Assembly: GCA_030603365.1 (NCBI GenBank)
Contig: JAUVXV010000010.1
Span: forward strand, 1-64,000
DNA length: 64,000 bases
Direction of reading: 5' to 3'
From: Candidatus Heimdallarchaeota archaeon
Lineage (GTDB): Archaea > Asgardarchaeota > Heimdallarchaeia > Heimdallarchaeales > Heimdallarchaeaceae
Shown: positions 29,684 to 38,192 of the stretch, one piece after another
Position numbering within the stretch: position 1 is the first letter of the stretch
Layout of the letters: every line of letters starts with the position of its first letter
Notes under the pieces: generated by a model
Seen by the model: only the letters and a program-made list of their open reading frames with translations
Database searches by the model: none
What the model was told of the DNA's origin: nothing
Made by a program: the position numbers and the translations under genes

Positions 29684-31210
29684 TCACTTAAGCCATTGAC
29701 CTAAGGGCAGAAAGCATATGTAATGTCGTAGCGGATGGTAGTCTTCAGTTAGTGTGTCTTTTATGTAGTTAAACTTTGGTTTCAATACATATCGAATCAA
29801 CCTCTTCCCAATATTCTTCGCTCCGTTCAGATCTGCGTCTAGTTCGTAGTTGCATTGGTTGCACTTGAACTGTCCTTGTCCTGTACGGGTAGTGTTCATC
29901 GAATTACACCTAGAACATCTTCTAGAGGTCCAACTCTCATTAACAGCTACCACTCGGTAGGATTCAAATCCATGCTTAGCTAGTTGATGTTTCAACCTAG
30001 TGATAAAGTTGCGATAGCACCATTTATGCACTTTTTTTCGCAAAGATTTGTTTCCACTACCTCGACGGTGACGATTCTGTAGATCTTTAGGATAGCCAAC
30101 AGATATAAACAGATTATAGTGTTTCTTCAACTGAAGGATGAAACCAACCAATTGGTTAACTGCATACCCCAATTCTTGTTCAGTAATAGAACGTCGTCGT
30201 CTTCGTAGACGGAAGAGTGTACTATTTAGCTGTTTAGTGTGTTGTCCATTGTTGAGACTATTGTTCAACTTCCTCTGAGTATCTTTGATCTGTCTACTAA
30301 GTTGCCATATTTTCGACTGCCTCTCCTTATCAACGATAAAACGTATTTCATCCATGATTACTCGACCAGTAGAGTTAAGCAATACTGCAACAGCTGTTTT
30401 CTTGATTCCCAAGTCTATTCCTAACACTGCAGGTGTAAGAGTAGATTGATAGCTGGGAACAGAATACTGGAGGGTAAAATTTGCCCACCACTTTCGCTCT
30501 CTGGATTTATAAACTAGTTCTAATATTTTGATATTATCTAGTTCCAGCTTCTTCTCGTGATAAGGTGAAAAAGCTAATGGTAGTCGAAGTTTTTGATGGT
30601 TTCTTTTACCAGATCGTCTAGTATCAAGAGAATCCCTTAATTCTATCCAAAGATGAGCTTCAGCATTTTTAGGTTTATGATATACCTGAAATGTACCTCT
30701 GCTTCCTGTTCCTTTGAAAAAAGTTCGGGGGGTTTTGTTCTTGAAACATGGTTTACCCAGTTCTTTCTTAGAATTGTCTTTTAGTGCTTTCCAGCTTTCG
30801 TAAGTCCAGATAGCTTTGTTTCTGCATTCTTGAAATTCATCTACTGAGCAACGAGGATAACGTTTCTTCAAGTCGTGAGGAACGGATGTTCGTAACTTGT
30901 ATTGCGTATTCTTTGAAGTAGTTAAAGTTAATTCATCCAAGAGGGAAGTATCAACTTTACCGTTCTTTCGCAGAATTCTATCCTCATTGTGGAAGATGAT
31001 GCGCAGGTAGTGTCGAATGATTCTGGTATCTCTTGCGGTTATTCGCTTCAACCTTTCACACTCTCGAACAGACATCAGTTCCGTCTTGATTCTAAGAGAA
31101 ACAGTCTCATAGAATGTAACTAATGGTGCTTGAGGAGTGTTTTTGACTTTTCCATGTGTCTTGTTTGCAGTTTGTAGTTTTTCCTGTTTATTTGTTTCTT
31201 CATTTTTCAT
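29684..31210 (-). CDS. tnpB: TnpB-family RNA-guided endonuclease (508 aa) with rearranged, Fanzor-like RuvC-II
   Basis: RuvC-I GIDLG; Gly at the canonical RuvC-II site (ISVGYP); alternative Glu in VNESWTSRRC; Zn finger CSRC..CNQC; RuvC-III DADLNGAKNI. Confidence 0.9.
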   Translation of the reverse strand: MKNEETNKQEKLQTANKTHGKVKNTPQAPLVTFYETVSLRIKTELMSVRECERLKRITARDTRIIRHYLRIIFHNEDRILRKNGKVDTSLLDELTLTTSKNTQYKLRTSVPHDLKKRYPRCSVDEFQECRNKAIWTYESWKALKDNSKKELGKPCFKNKTPRTFFKGTGSRGTFQVYHKPKNAEAHLWIELRDSLDTRRSGKRNHQKLRLPLAFSPYHEKKLELDNIKILELVYKSRERKWWANFTLQYSVPSYQSTLTPAVLGIDLGIKKTAVAVLLNSTGRVIMDEIRFIVDKERQSKIWQLSRQIKDTQRKLNNSLNNGQHTKQLNSTLFRLRRRRRSITEQELGYAVNQLVGFILQLKKHYNLFISVGYPKDLQNRHRRGSGNKSLRKKVHKWCYRNFITRLKHQLAKHGFESYRVVAVNESWTSRRCSRCNSMNTTRTGQGQFKCNQCNYELDADLNGAKNIGKRLIRYVLKPKFNYIKDTLTEDYHPLRHYICFLPLGQWLK

Positions 31211-31272
31211 GGGTTCAACTCCTTAAAAAAGTTAGAAATTTCTAAACGATGAACCTCGTTCAAATTGTCGAA

Positions 31273-31498
31273 ATCATTGGTTCGTCTTCCAGTCTCTTGC
31301 AAAACTAATAGAGGAACCAATGATAGTACTACGTGTATAATTGCATCAGGAACTCGAATAAGATTACAGAAGAACTACTAAACCTCTTTTCTTCACTCCT
31401 TTTTCCTTTTAGTGATAAGTGAGATATTAGCTGTCCACGGGGGGTGGAGCTGCAGTATTTCTCACTCATCTACGTACAAACCAAAGTTGACTATAAAA
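31273..31498 (-). promoter_or_regulatory. TATA-like box and long structured 5' leader (or left-end hairpins) of tnpB
   Basis: TTTTATA (31498-31492, minus). Hairpin AGTGAGA..TCCAC/GTGGA..TCTCACT at 31418-31466. 11-bp inverted repeat at 31273-31283/31314-31324. Confidence 0.45.
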
Positions 31499-31569
31499 AC
31501 ACCAAAGAAATTAAATTAAGATATTCTAGTTCAAATTAGGAGAAAGATTTAACAAGAATATAAAGAACT

Positions 31570-33264
31570 TTGATTGGTTTAACAATGCGAAAGAAGATAA
31601 GGGGGGTTCTGATAATTGTTCTTTTCTGCATAACAATAAATTTTCAGGAAAACAGTCATACAATTGCAAATAACAATGAAATCAATCATAGAGATTTAAC
31701 ATTGGAGTATTCTGTTCATGATCCTATAAGAATAACCAATGATCAGAATTTTACGGATTATGGCTTTTCAGGAAATGGAACAGAAGAAAGTCCATTCATT
31801 ATCGAGAATTTTAATATAACAACAACTAGTAGAATAGGAATTTATATTTACAATACAACAAAGCATTTTGTTGTTCGAAACTGTTATGTTGATGCAGAGG
31901 AGCACGGGATAGCCATCTTTTCAGTAGATGATGGTACAGCAACTGCTACAAATAATATTTGCATTAATAATTATTACTACGGCATCGCTATAAATTCTGC
32001 TCGAGGTTCTACAATTTTCAACAACACTTGTAACTATAATGATAATGGTATTTACACCGGTGATAGTGCGTATTCGAACATTCTTAATAATACTTGTAAC
32101 TATAATGATGTGGGGATACTGTGGCCTTCTTTTTATTCAATTGTAGCTAATAATACATGTAATAATAATGATGTTGGTATTTCGTTGTCTCAATCTACAG
32201 GTTCAATTGTCACTCACAATGAATGTTCAAATAATTATGATGACGGTATCAGTGGTTCTGCCTTTTTCAATCTCACGATTAACTACAACACTTGTAACAA
32301 CAATGGTTTTGATGGTATAGGTCTAGGTGGTCTTAGTAGTCATTATTCTGTAATCAACAATACTTGCAATAATAATGGCATGTATGGTATCTGGATTAAT
32401 AATGAAGGTAGTCATAAGGTTATTAACAATACTTGCAGTAATAATGCGTATGAGGGTATAATTCTCTCTGCTTGGGATCCTTCAGGTGGTTCTTTTATTG
32501 CAAACAACACCTTAACTAATTGTGGATTAACAATAAGTGAGAATTACGTTGATGCCTATCTCTCACATACAGTAGAGAATAACTGGGTAAATGGCAAAAA
32601 ACTAGGATTTTTCACTAACCTTGACTCTGAAATAATAAGTGATTCAATATATGGACAATTAATTTTAGTTAATTGTACTTTGACAACCATAAGTCATCAA
32701 ATACTTAATGCAGCTACAAAAGGGTTATTTCTCTACTCCTGTTCTTCTGTTACACTTCTAAACAATACGTGCGCTTACAACAGTCTATATAGTATTAAAA
32801 GTGAATTATGTACTAGTTTAATTATTATCAACAATACATGTAACAATAACCTTCATGGTATTTACCTTGAAGATACTGATTCTTGTCTCATAACTTACAA
32901 CTTTCTTAAAGAGAATGAGAATTATGGTGTAAATTTGAGAACTCGAACAATAGCCAAATCTGAAAATAATCTTGTTCATCATAATATTTTCTTAGACAAT
33001 AATTTGTTGGGAACATCTCAAGCTAGTGATAGTGGAACCAACAATTTGTGGTATGATTCTGTTACACAAGAAGGCAATGAATGGTCGGACTGGTCTGGAG
33101 CTGGATCTTACTCGATTGATGGTTCTGCTAATTCCGTTGATTTATATCCTCTTGGAGGACCTGTTGTAGCTGAATTTACTCAGAGCATTTTACTAGTTTT
33201 CCTATTATCTATATTCTCATTATTCCTTGTAAGAGTATTATCAAAGAAAATAAGAAAGAAATGA
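31570..33264 (+). CDS. NosD/beta-helix surface protein with C-terminal VAEF + TM + basic tail
   Basis: Repeated NNTCNNN..GI units; shares VNGKKLGFF and YGQL with the 22060 paralog. Confidence 0.85.
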   Translation: MIGLTMRKKIRGVLIIVLFCITINFQENSHTIANNNEINHRDLTLEYSVHDPIRITNDQNFTDYGFSGNGTEESPFIIENFNITTTSRIGIYIYNTTKHFVVRNCYVDAEEHGIAIFSVDDGTATATNNICINNYYYGIAINSARGSTIFNNTCNYNDNGIYTGDSAYSNILNNTCNYNDVGILWPSFYSIVANNTCNNNDVGISLSQSTGSIVTHNECSNNYDDGISGSAFFNLTINYNTCNNNGFDGIGLGGLSSHYSVINNTCNNNGMYGIWINNEGSHKVINNTCSNNAYEGIILSAWDPSGGSFIANNTLTNCGLTISENYVDAYLSHTVENNWVNGKKLGFFTNLDSEIISDSIYGQLILVNCTLTTISHQILNAATKGLFLYSCSSVTLLNNTCAYNSLYSIKSELCTSLIIINNTCNNNLHGIYLEDTDSCLITYNFLKENENYGVNLRTRTIAKSENNLVHHNIFLDNNLLGTSQASDSGTNNLWYDSVTQEGNEWSDWSGAGSYSIDGSANSVDLYPLGGPVVAEFTQSILLVFLLSIFSLFLVRVLSKKIRKK

Positions 33265-33381
33265 TTTAGAATTATTGTTTCAACTTAGACCGTTTCTTCT
33301 TTTCCATAAAATCCCCATAGAATGAGTTAGACTATATGTTTATATTGCGTTTGAAAATGAAATGGAAATGAGGTACATCAT

Positions 33382-33924
33382 ATGAACTTTATCTCTCAAG
33401 TCGAAGAAATTCTACAACAAATGGAACACATGGGGTCTTCTACACAGATACGCGTTCCACATGGAATAATGTCCTATGCAAGTACATATCAAAACCAGCT
33501 TACTTTTCTCAATAATAATACTCTCAAAAAGAATCTATCTTATCTTTTAATGCTAAATGATTTTCTTACTTGGGCAGTAAGAAGATTTTCACTTGTACCA
33601 GGTATAAAAGATATGTTATTCAAGAATATAATAGCAAATTATGGGTTTGCTGTTGAAGCAATTAACAAAAATCTAGCAAAGAAAATAACAAACAACAAGG
33701 ACATTGGTTTTGATTCCTCTTCTTCTGTTCTGAATGAAAATAACATAATTACGAAATCGATGAAAAAGGAAATTAGATGGTTATACGATATTAGAAATAA
33801 ACAACATTATGATACGCTTCCCAAAGTTGAATTTGAACATTATACATATAGGGATTGTAAGAAAGCACAAAGGATTTTTAGTCAATATATTCGTCAAATA
33901 GGCCAAAAATATGAGGGTGAATAA
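33382..33924 (+). CDS. Hypothetical helical protein, possible HEPN/Abi-like
   Basis: L.DIRNKQH (RNxxH) near the C-terminus and an E-containing helix upstream. Confidence 0.5.
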   Translation: MNFISQVEEILQQMEHMGSSTQIRVPHGIMSYASTYQNQLTFLNNNTLKKNLSYLLMLNDFLTWAVRRFSLVPGIKDMLFKNIIANYGFAVEAINKNLAKKITNNKDIGFDSSSSVLNENNIITKSMKKEIRWLYDIRNKQHYDTLPKVEFEHYTYRDCKKAQRIFSQYIRQIGQKYEGE

Positions 33925-34029
33925 TCAACAATATAGACAAAGAAGATTTTCTCGCTGAATACAGGAAAGATAAGAAAAAGGGTGATAGAAGGGTTTTTAA
34001 TCCTTCAGTCATGGCATAATTCCTGGGTC

Positions 34030-34833
34030 TTATGTTGTATAAGATTCTATGAATAAAGTTTCAAATTCTGAAAAATCCATAGTATCAATATCTAGAAACA
34101 CTTCTAAAATGCCATTATCTAGAAGTAGAACCATATCTGCAATAAGTAATTCACTATCTTCAACATATTGAGAATTCAAGTAGATATATTCCCCAATTTT
34201 GAAATTACTCTCAGGAGAAAGTTCTATTAACTTCTTACTAATGATTCCATTTGAATGAACTAAGATATTTCTAATCTCGTAGAAAATATCAATTTTCTGA
34301 AGTATTGGCGGATCTACTTCTAAATTTATATTAATTTTTTCTTTCACTCGATTGAATATTCTTGAGTAATCACCATACAGCATATCTCGAATATATTTAG
34401 AAGTTACTTCCGTGAGAATATCCTGTTTATCATTCTCGTCAGACGTCATAGAATTCTCCAAACGCTCTTTCAAAATCTCAGGTTTCTTTTCCAACCATAT
34501 TTTGAAGATGTTGTATAGATAGCTTTCAAGGATTGTATTTAAATGAACTATCATATTCTTAATTCTGAGACCATTGTATCCTGTGGACAACCATAGTTCT
34601 AAAGCTCCTGACCTGGTTTGTAATTTAGCATCAGAAGTGTACCTCTTTCCGAAAGGATTTGGCTCTGAACTACCGAATTTGGAGAGAATTACATCTATCA
34701 ACTCATCTTGAGAGTATTCAACAGACATGATGTTCAAAGTCATGATGTCAAACAAGGTTTGAGAAGCGTATGTGCTTATTTTCCTATCTCTGTTTTTCTC
34801 AATAAAATCCCTATTTTTGTACTGGTTAAACAT
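34030..34833 (-). CDS. HEPN-domain protein (putative RNase)
   Basis: ILESYL helix plus EIRNILVHSNG (Rx4H). Confidence 0.7.
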   Translation of the reverse strand: MFNQYKNRDFIEKNRDRKISTYASQTLFDIMTLNIMSVEYSQDELIDVILSKFGSSEPNPFGKRYTSDAKLQTRSGALELWLSTGYNGLRIKNMIVHLNTILESYLYNIFKIWLEKKPEILKERLENSMTSDENDKQDILTEVTSKYIRDMLYGDYSRIFNRVKEKININLEVDPPILQKIDIFYEIRNILVHSNGIISKKLIELSPESNFKIGEYIYLNSQYVEDSELLIADMVLLLDNGILEVFLDIDTMDFSEFETLFIESYTT

Positions 34834-34921
34834 AAAATCACATATTGAATTGTGTTTAGTATCTAAATTGTATGTGAGTATAATAATTTTTCATCGAAAT
34901 AAAGATGAAAACTAACTTGAC

Positions 34922-35146
34922 TCAAAGGAAATCTTCCAAATCTGATTGCTTCTTGGGACGCATGAAATCCTTCAGTTCCTTTTCTTTAAGTTCAATAAAC
35001 CATTGTTTGATGAGTTTAGAATCAGGATGAACAACAGACTTAGGAACCCAGATAGGACGGTCAGAGAGAGTATCCACAAAAGCAAGAAAAGCTTTCTCAG
35101 TCTCAAGATCAATCTTACCAAGCTTATAAGTAGAATAATCACTCAT
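34922..35146 (-). CDS. Small hypothetical protein (PIWxPKSVV family, copy 1)
   Basis: ETEKAFL..PIWVPKSVV..IKQWFI; paralog at 35564. Confidence 0.7.
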   Translation of the reverse strand: MSDYSTYKLGKIDLETEKAFLAFVDTLSDRPIWVPKSVVHPDSKLIKQWFIELKEKELKDFMRPKKQSDLEDFL

Positions 35147-35563
35147 CTTGAGAATTCTAAGAGAAATTAATATAAAAATGATTAAGAGAGATTTGAGTGT
35201 TTGTTCTTCTCATGAAAGCAATTGGAGTAATAGTGCAAGCAAATCAAAGCCTAGTTGTTCAAGAACAACATATACAACTGAGAAACTAAATACACTTATT
35301 GGTATTATAATTTTAATATTTATTTTCATTTTGAGTCTATTTTCACAAACAGCCTTTTAAGCCTTTCTAATCTCATTTTTTGTTATTTCACTTATTTTCC
35401 AAAATATAGAAAATATAGATGATTTTATATTCTATATAGAGACAAATATATCGCGAAATTTCAATTGTATATAGTATATTTCTTTGTATATTTTAAAAGG
35501 AGATATCAAAAGAGTAATTTCCATTAATCTCTCGTTTTATAGAGTTTGTTGGATAAATCTTTT

Positions 35564-35782
35564 TTACTTTCTTTTCCAATTTCTCTTGCCTTCCTTAATC
35601 TGTCTGATAAACCAGTGTTTAATTCTCCAATGTTTATCAACAACAGATTTAGGAAACCAGATGGGTTCATCAGTAAGGTCGTAAATAGTAGCATAGAAAG
35701 AGTTGGCAGATTCACCAAGAAGGTAATCAATAGAATAATCAGAAAAAGAAGAATCTTTAGGAGGAGAATCTTCTAAAACCAT
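35564..35782 (-). CDS. Small hypothetical protein (PIWxPKSVV family, copy 2)
   Basis: Within ORF 35564..35878; likely start ATG 35782 (MVLEDSPP); PIWFPKSVV..IKHWFI. Confidence 0.65.
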   Translation of the reverse strand: MVLEDSPPKDSSFSDYSIDYLLGESANSFYATIYDLTDEPIWFPKSVVDKHWRIKHWFIRQIKEGKRNWKRK

Positions 35783-35841
35783 AAACGCTTTCAGGCAAAG
35801 AAAAGGAAGAAAGTATAAAAAGACCAAGAAAAACCAAGTAT

Positions 35842-36693
35842 TTGGTAAACATGGAAATTGATACGACAGAAGAACCATTTCTCAAATATAGAGTAAAGAA
35901 ATCCACAAGAATAGATTATGCTGATACATTGGAAATTATATTAGAGAGTGATTTTACTGAAGAAGAGAAGTTTTTCTTTGTGAGATTCAACGATGTTGAT
36001 AGAAAGGTTAAGAAATTTCACAACAATGTTTGGGGATTAAAAGCTACTAGACTTTGGATAAAGGGTAAAGAAGTATATCTTGAGGAGTCAGGTAGACATG
36101 GAATCACTGAGACAATATTTTGTTCATATAAAGAGGATTGTGAAGGGATATGTAAACATAATATGGGATTAGCTAGAACTTGGGAAGTTTCTAGAGATGA
36201 TCCATTCTATGACGAGAAAATAGCTGAAACAGATAGTATACAAGGTATATTAAAAAGGATAGAAAAAGTAAAGGAGGATATAAAACCTGATGAAAGTGAG
36301 GACTATATACTTCGTGAAATGGAAAATTTGTCTATAGTTGAATTGAGATTGGAAGAAAAGAAATATATGATGAACAAAACCGTTTTCAGAAAATATCTTG
36401 AGAAGAAACTGGGATTTGAGTTCGAATATTGTCCAATAATCTCAAAAGATGATACACTTCGAATTATAGAAGGCTTTCCAGAAGAATTCTTGCTATCAGA
36501 GGAAATGATAAGATATCTTACTAGAGATAGATTTGAAACAGGGATGACTGTTTCCAGTTTAGAAAGAACAGAAGGGGAAGAGATAGAGAAAGAGGAATGG
36601 GAGTATGAAAAGAAGCAGGCGGAATTGATAGGAGATGAAGTAGAGAAAAGATTCAGGAAAGTCCTATCAGAGTTTTTCAATAGGAGAGAATAA
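35842..36693 (+). CDS. Hypothetical protein, possible SWIM-like Zn site
   Basis: CSYKEDCEGICKH motif; acidic and charged. The start is probably ATG 35851. Confidence 0.6.
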   Translation: MVNMEIDTTEEPFLKYRVKKSTRIDYADTLEIILESDFTEEEKFFFVRFNDVDRKVKKFHNNVWGLKATRLWIKGKEVYLEESGRHGITETIFCSYKEDCEGICKHNMGLARTWEVSRDDPFYDEKIAETDSIQGILKRIEKVKEDIKPDESEDYILREMENLSIVELRLEEKKYMMNKTVFRKYLEKKLGFEFEYCPIISKDDTLRIIEGFPEEFLLSEEMIRYLTRDRFETGMTVSSLERTEGEEIEKEEWEYEKKQAELIGDEVEKRFRKVLSEFFNRRE

Positions 36694-36914
36694 AAATCAC
36701 GCTTTATTGTTTAATGTGTGATTATTTCTTCTTCTATCATTTTCTCCCGATTAACTGCCCCACAATTCTTGCAAATCTGTTCTCATCTGGTTTCATCAAG
36801 AACCAAGTTTCGTTCTCCACAAACCGAACAATCAAATTCATCCATATTGATAGAATAGAGTTTAGCTTCCAGTTCTTCCTGTTCTGTAAGAGATTTAACG
36901 CATCTGGATATGCT

Positions 36915-38105
36915 CTACTCACTCTTATCGGTTCTAGTAATTTCTATATTGAATACATAATCCCCATAATAAACATCGAGTAACTCACAACCTTTGAGTT
37001 CCAATGTATGTATGTCGTTTATTATACGAGAAGGGTATTCCCAGAATTCCATAACAATGAGAAAAACGCTTTTGCAACGCTTACATTCGTGTGTTCCATT
37101 GAATGTATGCTGTTCTTCAATTCCTAGTGATTGCTCTTCACCAGAATCGGTTTGTTCCCAATTGAGATGAAATTCTTGTGTTTTTCCACAATTACAACAT
37201 TCTACAGTTGTTACAGGTTTAATCTTATAGATATCATCTTCAAACTCTCGATTATAGAAAAATCTCTTGTCAATACTTCTAAAAAAATCCATTAAATTAA
37301 CAAAAAAAGTTTCATCTTCTAACCATATATCTAATTCGTTCTTTGAGGATATCTTTTCAAGAAGTTTTTCTTGTTTTTCTTTCCATTCATCAACAAAATC
37401 TTCGAAGTTATTGTATGAAGCTTTTTTGAGAAACTTCATAATTGATTGATTAGGTTGTATGTTTATTGCAGTATACCAATTTTGAATAAATTTTGTGATT
37501 AAATTCTCTAGAATGTTTAAATTCTGGTCTTTTATTGATTTTTTATCTGGTTTCAAATGCAAATAATGTTTGTCAATTATTTCTTTAAACTCATACCAAA
37601 CATCTCCATTTCTCTCAATTTTATTAGTTAGAACTATTTGTAGATTATTTTTTTCTGTTATAACTAATTCCATGTTCTCGTGAATGTATGTCCAATATAT
37701 TGTTGGTGAGGATATAGGATCTTTTCCTACTTCTGAAGAATAATCGACAAAAAAGAAGAAAAATGGTTTACGAGATGCGCTCCATGTTTCAATATAGGTT
37801 TCTTCTATTGGAAAAAGAATTTTACCATCTGATTTTTTATATTCCTCTGTCGTAGATGATTTTATTTGACCAGAAAAATCATATTTAGTAGAATTCGCTA
37901 CTGAATCGAAATATATGTAGTTTCTATATTTGTTTACGCCTTTCTCCTCTGGCATGTGACCGATAATGTCAGTTCCTGTATCAATAAATGGATACTTCTC
38001 TATAAATATACAATGAGGAGAAATTAACTGACATGACAAATGTTTGTATGAAACTTCCTCTTGTATTTTTGTATATAGCATAATTTTACTCAGTGATTTT
38101 CCCAT
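36915..38105 (-). CDS. DUF4365-like PD-(D/E)xK nuclease fused to a C-terminal Zn ribbon
   Basis: DTGTDIIG...QIKSS (D-G-D...QxK); CNC..CKRC and WEYP motifs. Confidence 0.65.
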   Translation of the reverse strand: MGKSLSKIMLYTKIQEEVSYKHLSCQLISPHCIFIEKYPFIDTGTDIIGHMPEEKGVNKYRNYIYFDSVANSTKYDFSGQIKSSTTEEYKKSDGKILFPIEETYIETWSASRKPFFFFFVDYSSEVGKDPISSPTIYWTYIHENMELVITEKNNLQIVLTNKIERNGDVWYEFKEIIDKHYLHLKPDKKSIKDQNLNILENLITKFIQNWYTAINIQPNQSIMKFLKKASYNNFEDFVDEWKEKQEKLLEKISSKNELDIWLEDETFFVNLMDFFRSIDKRFFYNREFEDDIYKIKPVTTVECCNCGKTQEFHLNWEQTDSGEEQSLGIEEQHTFNGTHECKRCKSVFLIVMEFWEYPSRIINDIHTLELKGCELLDVYYGDYVFNIEITRTDKSE

Positions 38106-38192
38106 TTTGAATCACTTGTATTAACTAAATAAATAGTTAAAAACTCCACAGATTTTTGTGTTCTCCGTTCTCTCCCTAAGAAGAATTACTAC

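Noticed and set aside
29684-31210. Cas12f/Cas14 CRISPR effector, or catalytically dead TnpB
   Set aside because: There is no CRISPR array or cas1/2/4 nearby. The missing RuvC-II Glu is plausibly compensated by the Glu in NESWTS.
29414-31500. Simple IS605/IS1341/IS607 insertion sequence
   Set aside because: No TnpA is present, and the sequence beyond the putative left end is not the continuation of the interrupted gene. That continuation is ~13 kb away with a different 5' end.
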